A stretch of DNA of 25,417 bases from Candidatus Hydrogenedentota bacterium (GTDB lineage Bacteria > Hydrogenedentota > Hydrogenedentia > Hydrogenedentales > SLHB01), in NCBI GenBank assembly GCA_045863295.1, contig BTWA01000056.1, forward strand, positions 1 to 25,417, given 5' to 3'. Each line of letters opens with the position of its first letter. The first letter of the stretch is position 1. A program made the translations under genes and the position numbers. The notes beneath the pieces were generated by a model, which saw nothing but the letters and a program-made list of their open reading frames with translations, made no database searches and was not told the DNA's origin. Shown piece by piece: positions 16,527 to 25,417 of the stretch.

Positions 16527-17705
16527 TCAGCCGCCCGATGCCGTGCGTCCCAGGGTGCGCAACAGGCCCCGGCCGAGTTTCCAACGCCAATCCGGCTCCT
16601 CCACCGCTTCGGGCACTATCACTTCGGTACTCCCCAATACAGTTTCGCCGAGTTGGGCATTCAACGTTCCCACGGCGTGCCCTTGGGCAATCGGAGCCCA
16701 CAAGAAGTCCGGATAGTCGGAAAAGAACTGCACTTTACCTACGGCGCTCGCCGGCAGGATGGCGATGATGTCATTTGCGGCATGCAATTGCATCGACTCC
16801 ATCTTGCCGTTGCCAATTCCCACCGACGGTTCGATGGGTTGACCCTTGGCCACCAGAGTGACCGGACCCACCTGGGTTGCGCTGTATTTCAACAGCGTTT
16901 CCATCGAATCAAACCGGTCTGCCAACCTGTTGCAGCCCATCACCACGCCAATAACCCGGATACCATTGATTTCGGCGGTCGCTGTGAGACAATACCCGGC
17001 AGCGCGCGTGTACCCCGTCTTTAACCCATCGCACTCCGCCATTCGGAACAGCAGCTTGTTCGTGTTGGGTTTAGGATCCTCTCCCACGCGAAACGTCAGT
17101 TCCTTCATGGAGGTCCACTCGCGGATGAGGGGTTCGCGAATGCAGGCTTGGGCCAGTATGACCATATCGCGCGCAGTGGTCTTGTCATGCTCATTGCCCG
17201 GATCGGGCGGCAAACCATGGACAGAGTTCACGACGGTTGACGTCATTCCCAGAGCAAGCGCGCGCTCGTTCGCGGCTTTCTTGTACGTGTCTTCATCGCC
17301 CCAAAGACCTTCGGCCACCGCCATGGCGGCATCGTTCGCGGAGTTGATCGAGACCGCCTGCATGAGTTTTTCCAGCGTATGGACTTCACCTTCCTTTAAG
17401 AATACCTGGGTGCCCCCTATACCGGCGGCTTTTGCAGTGACGGTGATTTCCTGTTCCAGCGTGAAAATGCCTTCCCGCAGGCCTTCGGATACCATCAACA
17501 TTTGAATAAGCTTTACCATGCTCGCGGGCGCCCGGACTTCATCAGGATTGTATTCGACGATGGGCAAACCGGAATCGGCCACCACGCAAATGTAGCTAAC
17601 GGCTTTGCCGCTGAGGATGTCCTGGGCATGTGCGGCCACTGACAGACTGAGGGCCAGCAGCGTGACAAATGCGCCTATCCATTTTGTGCGAGCCATGGTT
17701 TGCAT
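16527..17705 (-). CDS. Serine D-Ala-D-Ala carboxypeptidase (peptidase S11, DacA/DacF-like)
   Basis: Signal peptide; SxxK (ASMVK), SxN (SAND), HGL and KTG (LKTGYT) motifs; PBP5-type C-terminal region APIAQGHAVG. Confidence 0.93.
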   Translation of the reverse strand: MQTMARTKWIGAFVTLLALSLSVAAHAQDILSGKAVSYICVVADSGLPIVEYNPDEVRAPASMVKLIQMLMVSEGLREGIFTLEQEITVTAKAAGIGGTQVFLKEGEVHTLEKLMQAVSINSANDAAMAVAEGLWGDEDTYKKAANERALALGMTSTVVNSVHGLPPDPGNEHDKTTARDMVILAQACIREPLIREWTSMKELTFRVGEDPKPNTNKLLFRMAECDGLKTGYTRAAGYCLTATAEINGIRVIGVVMGCNRLADRFDSMETLLKYSATQVGPVTLVAKGQPIEPSVGIGNGKMESMQLHAANDIIAILPASAVGKVQFFSDYPDFLWAPIAQGHAVGTLNAQLGETVLGSTEVIVPEAVEEPDWRWKLGRGLLRTLGRTASGG

Positions 17706-17719
17706 CAATTCTTAGTTCC

Positions 17720-20491
17720 CTATTCTTTGTACGCGAGCATCGAACTGGCGTGGGCCAATCGTTCGACAATCTCCCGTATTCCAAATGGTTTGCGAAAAAC
17801 GGCGGTGACTCCCGGTTGTTGCCAGCCCTCCGGGTCGAGCCCTGTCAACAGAAATAGCGGTACTGATCGCGAAAGACATTCTTCGCGAAAATGCTCGATC
17901 AATAACTCTGGAGCTGCCTCCGCGTTGTCCATGTCCAATAAGACAGCCGAAGGCGAACGGCTTTCAATTAAGGAAAGACCCATCTCGGTGGAATTGGAAA
18001 CGATGCACGCCACATTTCGCCGGTTCAACGCAGTGGCCAGCCAATCCATCAATTCTGGATCGGCTCCGACTGCCAGCACACGGGTTTCGATTGAACGCAC
18101 GAGCGGATCGCGTGCCGTATCCGTGTCTTTCTCGAACGGCGTGGGCAGTTGAAACGCCGAATGTACGCTCAATTGCAGAGACTGCGCGGAAAAAGGTTTG
18201 GCCAACATCACCACCGAACCGTCGGACTCGGCGCCGAGCATGGCCTCAGACGATTCTCCTCCGCTGAAGACTACGATAGGTGTGCCCGCGAGATTCGCAC
18301 CTTCCCTGAGCCGATTGAGAAAACCAGTGCCACCGAAATCCTGCAGACTTTCGTCCACCAAGATGATGTCATGCGGTTCCTCGTTGGCGTGACGAATGCC
18401 GCCATATCCAGAATTCTGCGCATGTATGGTCATTCCCAGATTGCGCAATACGGACGTGACCGCCTCTACCAAATCGGTGCTGTCCGAAATGAGAAGGGCT
18501 GTTTTGCCTGCCAGCGCGTCATCGGCAAATGCATGGCCGGGCAGTCCAAAAACGACATGTGGCAACACAACCGTGAAGCTGCTGCCCTTGCCGGGTACGC
18601 TTGATAGTTCGATTCGCCCTCCGTGGGCCTCTACAACACTTTTGGCGATCGAGAGGCCGATTCCGGCGCCCTCATAGCGTCGTGCCCATGTGCTGTCCAC
18701 CTGAAAGAACTTGTCGAAAACGCGCCGATGGTAACGCGGGTCTATGCCGATGCCGGTGTCTTGCACTGCAATCCGCAAAGCGCCTTCCCCATCCAGGGTT
18801 ACCGCAAGCTGGATATGCCCGCTGGGGCGCGTGAACTTGATGGCGTTGGAGAGAAGAATTGTGAGCACCTGACCAATCCGCTTCCGGTCTCCCCATGCAT
18901 ACAGCGGGATATCCGGCGTGCCGACATGAATGGTAATATCTTTCGCAATGGCGTGTGGCCGGGCTGAATCGCAACATTCGCGCGCAACCGCCATGGGGTT
19001 GAACAGGGTACGCTGCAGTTGAATCCCACGGATTTCCATCCGGCTGAATTCTATGATCTCGTCGATCAACGTGCCCAAGCGATCCACGTTTCGGCGCATG
19101 ACATTCAATGCCGCTTGCTGTTGAGGTTGCAGCGTTCCCATGCCGGAAGTGTTCAACATTTCCACGTATCCGCGAATGGTACTGAGCGGAGTCCTCAATT
19201 CATGGCTGACGTTGCTCAAGAACGCGTCCTTAGCCCTGTCCAACATTCGGAGATCGGCGTTGACCTCCTCCAATTCCTGTGCACGGGCCTCCAACTCGGC
19301 CTGCATGCTCTTGAGCTGGGTGACGTCCGTTACCACAAGAGAATACCGGGCATCTTCGTCCGGGGCTTGCTCGATCGGGGCAACCGAAACCATCACGGGA
19401 AGGGCCTGTCCCCCTTGTCGCATCAGCCGGACTTCTTGTTGGGTCCCTTCGGCCGCATGACTGTCCGCCGTACGAAACAACTCCACCACTTTTCCACGCT
19501 CGGCGGGTTCTATGAATTCGAATACGTCCCTGCCGATCAGGCTTGCGGTGGGCCGGTTCAGCAACCGGCCGATGCATTCGTTGGCAAACCGGATTCGATA
19601 GTTGCCCCCAACGGTGAGGAATCCTTCGTTCATGTGAAGCAGCAAGGCGCGCATGCGTTCCTCGGACTGGCGCAATTGCTGCGTGCGATCTTCGACCAAC
19701 TCCTGCAAACCACGGGTATACCGTTCCAAGCGTTCCGCAATTTGATGCTGGTGGGTAATATCGCGGACGGTTGCCAGCGCGCCGGCGAAACGGCCCTGGT
19801 GGTCGAAGATTGGAGTGCCGTTAAACCAAAGCTGCTTTGCCTCGCCGCCATTGCGCCAGGGGATGCTGTACTCCGATGCGAGGCCCGAAGAGCGGCTTTC
19901 GATGTGCGGGAACATGGGCTCCAGGTTGAACCGTTCGGCCATCTCGCGCGAATTGCGGCCCAGCACTTCGGATTCCGCAAGGCCGGTCATGTCCAAAAAC
20001 GCTTGATTGACCAGCCGAATGGTGCCGTCGGGGCCCGTTACAATGAAGCCTTCGCTCATGTGGCTGGCAAGGAATTTGAACTGCTGCGCGACTTCGCCAA
20101 TTTCCTCTTCCCGCCAGACCACAATCAGCAAAACGGTAAAGAGACCTAGAATTAGGCTGGCCAGACCAATGTACTGGGACGCCTCCCAAACGATGGTGGG
20201 CACTTCGGCCATGTCCTGCAATTCATCGCCGAGATTGAAGACCTTTCCCATGGCCCCGACAATGAGCAAGACCACCCCGACGACCAGTGCAATTCTCTGA
20301 AAGCCACCCGTTTGTACCCGTGCCAGCAAGTGCCCGACGGCGAACAGCGGTGCGCCCACAGACAACAATATGACCGCCGATTGCAGAAACGGCGTCGGCA
20401 CCTGATTGACGTACAGCAGGCCGCAGAGTCCCAACACGATGGGAAACAAATACAGCGGAAGCCTGATTTTCCTTGTGCGTCTACTCCACAT
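17720..20491 (-). CDS. Hybrid sensor histidine kinase (TM region, 2 PAS, HisKA, HATPase, 2 receiver-like domains)
   Basis: FLSNVSHELRTPL, NAIKFT, DTGIGI, GAGIGLSI, GKGSSF; two PAS domains (EGF...IR.xN); two C-terminal REC-like domains ending KPF. Confidence 0.93.
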   Translation of the reverse strand: MWSRRTRKIRLPLYLFPIVLGLCGLLYVNQVPTPFLQSAVILLSVGAPLFAVGHLLARVQTGGFQRIALVVGVVLLIVGAMGKVFNLGDELQDMAEVPTIVWEASQYIGLASLILGLFTVLLIVVWREEEIGEVAQQFKFLASHMSEGFIVTGPDGTIRLVNQAFLDMTGLAESEVLGRNSREMAERFNLEPMFPHIESRSSGLASEYSIPWRNGGEAKQLWFNGTPIFDHQGRFAGALATVRDITHQHQIAERLERYTRGLQELVEDRTQQLRQSEERMRALLLHMNEGFLTVGGNYRIRFANECIGRLLNRPTASLIGRDVFEFIEPAERGKVVELFRTADSHAAEGTQQEVRLMRQGGQALPVMVSVAPIEQAPDEDARYSLVVTDVTQLKSMQAELEARAQELEEVNADLRMLDRAKDAFLSNVSHELRTPLSTIRGYVEMLNTSGMGTLQPQQQAALNVMRRNVDRLGTLIDEIIEFSRMEIRGIQLQRTLFNPMAVARECCDSARPHAIAKDITIHVGTPDIPLYAWGDRKRIGQVLTILLSNAIKFTRPSGHIQLAVTLDGEGALRIAVQDTGIGIDPRYHRRVFDKFFQVDSTWARRYEGAGIGLSIAKSVVEAHGGRIELSSVPGKGSSFTVVLPHVVFGLPGHAFADDALAGKTALLISDSTDLVEAVTSVLRNLGMTIHAQNSGYGGIRHANEEPHDIILVDESLQDFGGTGFLNRLREGANLAGTPIVVFSGGESSEAMLGAESDGSVVMLAKPFSAQSLQLSVHSAFQLPTPFEKDTDTARDPLVRSIETRVLAVGADPELMDWLATALNRRNVACIVSNSTEMGLSLIESRSPSAVLLDMDNAEAAPELLIEHFREECLSRSVPLFLLTGLDPEGWQQPGVTAVFRKPFGIREIVERLAHASSMLAYKE

Positions 20492-20524
20492 AGCCGCCCC
20501 ACTTGGTGGAAATATTGTTCACCA

Positions 20525-20974
20525 TCAGCGCACGCCGAGCGATTCAATGGCTTGCGTGGCCAATTCGTCACAGCGTTCATTGTCCGGATTGCCATTATGA
20601 CCTCGGACCCAACGCCAATCGATCTCGTGATCACCGATGGCTTTATCGAGCCGCTGCCACAGGTCCACGTTTTTGAGCGCCCCTTCTTTCCGTACCCAAC
20701 CGCGCCGCTTCCAGCCCGGCATCCATTCCGTAATGCCGCGTTTCAGGTATTCGGAATCCGTATGAAATTCTATCTTGCAGGGCTTCTTGAGGGCTTCCAA
20801 AGCGCACACTGCGGCTGTGAGTTCCATCCGGTTGTTCGTGGATTCCGGCTCGCCCCCCGAGAGTTCCTTGACTTTTTCTCCATATCGCAAGACGGCAGCC
20901 CATCCACCCACTCCGGGATTTGGACGACAGCCACCGTCGGTATAAATGGTAACGTGTTGCTTGGAAGTAGTCAC
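20525..20974 (-). CDS. rnhA: Ribonuclease HI
   Basis: [51 protein letters not shown]. Confidence 0.97.
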   Translation of the reverse strand: MTTSKQHVTIYTDGGCRPNPGVGGWAAVLRYGEKVKELSGGEPESTNNRMELTAAVCALEALKKPCKIEFHTDSEYLKRGITEWMPGWKRRGWVRKEGALKNVDLWQRLDKAIGDHEIDWRWVRGHNGNPDNERCDELATQAIESLGVR

Positions 20975-21163
20975 AGCAGCAAATCATCCCCCACATGTTG
21001 TGGGCTCAGGCTCCTCAAGTCAACAGTATACCCATATCTTGCGAGAAAAAGCGAGTCTTTTGCAACTGCTGGGAGTAACCGTAGTCGTCTTGTGGCAGGG
21101 GGAGAAGGTGGAATGAGAGTCTCACACGCCAATGTAAGGCATGCTTGACTCCGAGTTGCAGTG

Positions 21164-22084
21164 CTATGGCTCCAATTGGGATTCAAGTGCCTCGAGGCGT
21201 TTAACGAGGCGGTTGGGCTTCGTGACCAAGTAAAGACCAGCCAGAATCAGCAGCAGCGCGACTACCAGGTTCCACGTGATGGGTTCCTTCAACCAGACAT
21301 AGGCCAAAAGGGTTGCCATGGGAGGCTTCAGAAAGAGGCCACTTATTGCCTGGGTAGAATCGATATGTTCAAGTCCTTTGAAGAAAAGAAGATACGACAC
21401 ACCAGTTGTCGCGATCGCCAGATACAGGACTGGTTTCCAGATGATGGAAATATTTTGAAGTGTCTCGGAGCGTCCTTCAACAAACACCAATGGCAATAAG
21501 TAGATGGCCCCGAACAGTATGCAAAACGTCGTAATCGGCAATCCGCCAAATTTTCCCCCAAACTTCTTCACCAAGACGGTAAAAACCGACAACGATACGC
21601 TGCACACCAAGGCAAAACCCAGCCCCGTCAGGGTGAAATACTGCGATTCACGGCTCAAGGTCATGACACCGATTCCACCCAAGCCGGTGAGAACACCCAA
21701 CAAGCGCGGGCGGGTCAAGGGATCGCCCAGGAGGAGGGCCGAAATGATCAGAGTGAACAGTGGGCTGCTTCCGAATACGGTGGCGACGACCCCGGCACCG
21801 GCATAGGTCAGGCTGTATTGATACGCTAAATTCGTTACGACGATGCCAATCAAGGCAATCCAGGCCGAGTGGAACAGTATTTGACGGGTCGGCCACAGCT
21901 TCTTGCGGTACAGTTCGAACGGCAGGAAGACGGCAAGGAATGCCCCTCCAACGGCAAAGCGCACGAATGAAAGTTGAACCGGCGTGATGTAGCCGACGAC
22001 CAGGCGAGTGACCACTTCAGCCGTGCTCCACAGCGCCACGGACAAGAGTATGTACAGGTAACTTCGTTGCCTCAAGAGGTCCAT
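21164..22084 (-). CDS. DMT/EamA-family transporter
   Basis: About 10 hydrophobic segments in two EamA repeats (FVRF, PLFT..IS..LLGD, KPP.ATLL..VWLKE); start could be 22126. Confidence 0.9.
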   Translation of the reverse strand: MDLLRQRSYLYILLSVALWSTAEVVTRLVVGYITPVQLSFVRFAVGGAFLAVFLPFELYRKKLWPTRQILFHSAWIALIGIVVTNLAYQYSLTYAGAGVVATVFGSSPLFTLIISALLLGDPLTRPRLLGVLTGLGGIGVMTLSRESQYFTLTGLGFALVCSVSLSVFTVLVKKFGGKFGGLPITTFCILFGAIYLLPLVFVEGRSETLQNISIIWKPVLYLAIATTGVSYLLFFKGLEHIDSTQAISGLFLKPPMATLLAYVWLKEPITWNLVVALLLILAGLYLVTKPNRLVKRLEALESQLEP

Positions 22085-22450
22085 GAGCACAGGGAACTCC
22101 GCGTTAATAGGGCCGGAACGGGTCACGATGGGACAAGGAGACCATGATTATACTTCAACGCACGATGCATACCGGAATTGGATTGGTAAGGTCCGATCAC
22201 CACGCTATACCTGTGGATCAGTGGTCAAAGGGAGACATAATCCTAGAATTGCAGAGCCGCATGATCGAAAAAATGAATGCAAATTCTTACTTCCGTCTTA
22301 GCCACTAGATTGGACGACCTAGTTGAGAATAGATAAACTAGGTAACTGGAATAAAGCCATTACGGCACCTCAGGTGAGTTGGACAATTCTCACATACAAG
22401 CTAAGTCGAGTCGTGCATATTCGATTGAGTTCTGCAATTGGGGGTACTAG

Positions 22451-22858
22451 GTGGAATCCATGCGCAGTTACATTTCATATGGACAGACGATTGAGGTTTC
22501 AGTGTGCCCATTCGGTGCGTTTCTCTGGTTGACATATGGCATTGTCGTCCGCGTAGCGGGTCGAACTTTTTACCCTAAGCCCACAAGAATTGGATTAACG
22601 ACTTCAACTGAATTCGACTTTGATTTCGAGGGTCAACGCATTACGGGATGCGTTCGCACGTTGGGCCCCATGTGGTTTCTTCCTAGGTTACCTTATGCAG
22701 TACTTGTCGAAGGTACCGAAATCGCTCGCGACGTGCAGACACTGCGACACTGGTATTTGCTGTATATCGCTTATCTTGTTGCATCCATTGTGTTTCTCCT
22801 GATTGCACTTGGTACGCTCACGTTGATGTATATAATTGGCCAATTGATAGTGCAGTAA
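22451..22858 (+). CDS. Hypothetical membrane protein
   Basis: 135-aa ORF with a long C-terminal hydrophobic segment, in AT-richer DNA. Confidence 0.6.
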   Translation: MESMRSYISYGQTIEVSVCPFGAFLWLTYGIVVRVAGRTFYPKPTRIGLTTSTEFDFDFEGQRITGCVRTLGPMWFLPRLPYAVLVEGTEIARDVQTLRHWYLLYIAYLVASIVFLLIALGTLTLMYIIGQLIVQ

Positions 22859-22941
22859 CAACTCCATGATCCCGCATAATTCAATTTCGCTGGACGGCTC
22901 CAACAATTTGGCAGGGTTTTCAAATAGATGTTAAAGCGAGC

Positions 22942-23172
22942 TTAGCGCATTATCCCACCTGGCTGTTGTTTCAGCACGGTTTCGGCAAGAGTGACAATCC
23001 TGACCGCTTTCACGTCACCATCGCTTTTGTGGAAATGGAATACATTACCTGACTTTTGCAAAATGTGCTTTTGCACTCGGAATGAGTATCCATCTTCAAA
23101 CCTGACGCGATCGAAGCCGGCAAACAAATGTTGAAACTTCTGCGAAATATTTCGCAATGAGGTGCTTTTCAT
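22942..23172 (-). CDS. Small hypothetical protein (uncertain)
   Basis: ATGA overlap with the upstream HExxH ORF; no recognised motif. Confidence 0.3.
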   Translation of the reverse strand: MKSTSLRNISQKFQHLFAGFDRVRFEDGYSFRVQKHILQKSGNVFHFHKSDGDVKAVRIVTLAETVLKQQPGGIMR

Positions 23173-23642
23173 TCTGGGAAGGAGTCTTTACCCTGATACT
23201 GCTGCAGTCTCCGACTACCGACGCACATGGCCAAAAACGCATCCCGGAACGCATCGGCAATACGTTCCTCTTTTGCCCAGAATGCTTCGGGGTGGTTTCG
23301 CCAGGGGTTCAGATTACGGCTGACGACGTAACGCATTCGGCTGAAGCGTCGCCGGGCGTGGCCGAGTTCGTGGAGCAAATGAGGATAGACCTGGGCCAGA
23401 CTTAGATGGCAGACGCTTGCGTGAAGTTGTACGCGTTTGTAATACGGACTGAACGAATAGTCCAGAAATCCACCAATTCCGATGGTGATTCCCTCGGGTA
23501 ATTGGCACTCCGGGTCGCAGGCATTGCTTTGTTCAACAAGCCACTGGGTGAGTTCCTGAAATCGCCGCTGGCATTCGCGGCGGGAGATTTTGATGGCGGC
23601 TGTTGAAGCCCACATTAGCAGGGCACCCGTTGATTGAACCAA
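23169..23642 (-). CDS. Putative HExxH zinc metallopeptidase (ImmA/IrrE-like motif arrangement), possibly 5'-disrupted
   Basis: LLHELGH followed about 30 aa later by EERIADAF; start uncertain, with an in-frame TAA at 23649-23651 upstream. Confidence 0.55.
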   Translation of the reverse strand: MVQSTGALLMWASTAAIKISRRECQRRFQELTQWLVEQSNACDPECQLPEGITIGIGGFLDYSFSPYYKRVQLHASVCHLSLAQVYPHLLHELGHARRRFSRMRYVVSRNLNPWRNHPEAFWAKEERIADAFRDAFLAMCVGSRRLQQYQGKDSFPE

Positions 23643-23805
23643 AGAAACTTATATGATGAAAACACCTGGTTTGGGGTCGTCCATTTCGGTGCCCATATTG
23701 AGGCAGTATGCGTAGCCGACTGCCATACCGAAACCCGTACCGAGAACGCCAAAGGCTATGTGTCGCAGAATCGCTCCAACGTGCTCGGCGCGCGACTTCT
23801 CGGGT

Positions 23806-24375
23806 TCACGAGCCGTTGCCAAGTTGAGCGAGAAAATGAGCGGCCTTGTCCTGGTGATATTTTATTGCAGCTTCTCGTGGGGTGAGGTTGTCCTGATTGC
23901 GTGCTTGGGTGTCTGCACCGTGTTCGACGAGGAATCGGATATTGGCGAGCCGTCCGTGGATGGCGGCGAGATGTAGCGGGGTATCGCCAAATTTATCCTT
24001 GGCTTCGAGGTTGGCGCCGGCATCCAGCAAGAGTTGCATGCGCGAAGGAGTCGTCCACCAAGCCGCGACGTGGAGCGGGGTCAATCCAGTGTCATCCTGC
24101 GCGTCGACATCTGGCGTATGCGAGAGTATGAGCGCGACCATGTCGTCCTTCCCGCTGGTGACGGCGCGATGCAGGGCCGTTTTACCCAGGTCGTCTCGCT
24201 GGGTGAGGACCGAGGGATCGTCGGCGAGCATGGCTTCGACCGCTTCGAGGTTGCCCCTGCCGACTTCGTTAAGGAACGCGGGAGCGCAGCCCGCGAGCAA
24301 CGTGGACGAGAGAAAGATCAGGAGGCCCTGGCATAGGGACCGGCGAATGAAACCTCGCTGTCGTAGGGCTGACAC
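23806..24375 (-). CDS. Ankyrin-repeat lipoprotein
   Basis: LLAGC lipobox after Arg-rich n-region; GKTALH, GLTPLH, GDTPLH, NLTP ankyrin repeats; start may be 24474. Confidence 0.88.
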   Translation of the reverse strand: MSALRQRGFIRRSLCQGLLIFLSSTLLAGCAPAFLNEVGRGNLEAVEAMLADDPSVLTQRDDLGKTALHRAVTSGKDDMVALILSHTPDVDAQDDTGLTPLHVAAWWTTPSRMQLLLDAGANLEAKDKFGDTPLHLAAIHGRLANIRFLVEHGADTQARNQDNLTPREAAIKYHQDKAAHFLAQLGNGS

Positions 24376-24470
24376 AATGTGTGAATGATGGTCCGGACAC
24401 GCTGAGCCACTCTCGCGGGATTGGAAAGCCTTGGACATGTACGGATGCGTCTCCAGTACCACCAATAGCC

Positions 24471-25417
24471 TCACTCAGCCGGTTTCGCGTTCGCGTTCAG
24501 CCATTCGCCGCCGGTCTTGATGTTCTCCGGCGTGAAGTAGCGCGAAGGCACTTCGATTTCCTTGGGTACCGTTTCGCCACCGAGGATTTTGAGGGCAGTA
24601 TCCACGGCTTCCTTGCCACCGGTGGGATACTCAAAACAGGCGCTGAGGATACCTTGCTGCACGTACGCAAGGCCTTCGTGCGGTAAGCCGTCGATACCGA
24701 CAAAGAGCATATTCTTTTCGCGGCCCGCGGCCTTGGCAGCCAGGTAGGCGCCGTGCGCGGCCGGGTCGTTGTGTCCGTATACCAGGTCGATGGCGTCGAA
24801 TCGCGCGAGCGCGGATTCCATTTCCTTGCGTGCATCGGGTTCCAGCCATTTCATATCGGCTTCGAAGATGACCTTAATGCCGCTTTCCTTGATGCCTTCG
24901 CGAAATCCGCTGTTGCGGTCCTGCGCGGGGGTGCTGGTCATGAGGCCTTTCAATTCAACGACGTTGCCCTTCCCTTCCAGTTTTTTCTTGATCCATTTGC
25001 CCGCGGCTTCGCCGATGGCTTTATTGTTCGCGCCAATGAAACAGGTGTATTTGTCGCCCATAACGCGGCGGTCCAGCACAATGACGGGAATACCCGCCGC
25101 AAACGCCTTCTCCACAGGAGGGGTAAGCGGCACGGCTTCCTTGGGGCTTACGATTATCAGATCGACCCCGGCGCTGATGAATTCCTCAATGTGAGCGCGT
25201 TGTTTGAGCGTGTCGTTTTGCGCATCCTGGTACACAACCTGGATGTTCTTGTGGAGTTCCGCGGCCTTCTTGATGTCGGCGTTCATCTGCACGCGCCAGG
25301 GTTCACCCAGGTTGCATTGGCTCATGCCGATTTTCCATGGGCTTTCGGGCGTGCCCTGGCCGGCTGCGAATACCAACGGTGCAAACAATGCCGCCACAGC
25401 AACCACGAAAACCGAAG
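24471..25417 (-). CDS. Sugar ABC transporter periplasmic binding protein (RbsB/Peripla_BP_4 family), 5' end outside window
   Basis: KIGMSQ, DAQND, GVDLIIVSP, GIPVIVLDR, VYGHND..A.GA, FVGIDG motifs; frame open to the window edge. Confidence 0.92.
   Translation of the reverse strand, partial: SVFVVAVAALFAPLVFAAGQGTPESPWKIGMSQCNLGEPWRVQMNADIKKAAELHKNIQVVYQDAQNDTLKQRAHIEEFISAGVDLIIVSPKEAVPLTPPVEKAFAAGIPVIVLDRRVMGDKYTCFIGANNKAIGEAAGKWIKKKLEGKGNVVELKGLMTSTPAQDRNSGFREGIKESGIKVIFEADMKWLEPDARKEMESALARFDAIDLVYGHNDPAAHGAYLAAKAAGREKNMLFVGIDGLPHEGLAYVQQGILSACFEYPTGGKEAVDTALKILGGETVPKEIEVPSRYFTPENIKTGGEWLNANAKPAE

Noticed and set aside
20525..20974. RNase H as part of a retroelement or defence system
   Set aside because: It is a typical stand-alone RnhA; no reverse transcriptase or ncRNA is nearby

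Overview
This is a GC-rich bacterial chromosomal window of mostly housekeeping genes with one notable accessory locus. Bases 1-540 hold a mosaic of REP-like palindromes and direct repeats. A long minus-strand run (8312->637) reads: branched-chain aminotransferase, BMC-T (CcmP-like) shell gene, structured intergenic leader, BMC-H, an unknown lipoprotein, BMC-P (EutN/CcmL), EutE/PduP-type CoA-acylating aldehyde dehydrogenase, GNAT, modABC. This is a bacterial microcompartment locus with all three shell classes but no recognisable signature enzyme, alcohol dehydrogenase or phosphotransacylase, and with a lipoprotein gene between two shell genes. Next are two tandem ~445-aa lipoprotein paralogues with a GspG-like C-terminus; the second is broken by two in-frame stops. 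Then come udk, the ybaB-fmt-rsmB-PASTA-rpe operon, rnhA-hybrid histidine kinase-D,D-carboxypeptidase and an EamA transporter. The window ends with an AT-richer CTAG-enriched islet with an HExxH protein, an ankyrin lipoprotein and a 5'-truncated RbsB-like sugar-binding protein. No rRNA, tRNA, CRISPR array or transposase was seen. All calls come from motif recognition by eye; no database searches were run.
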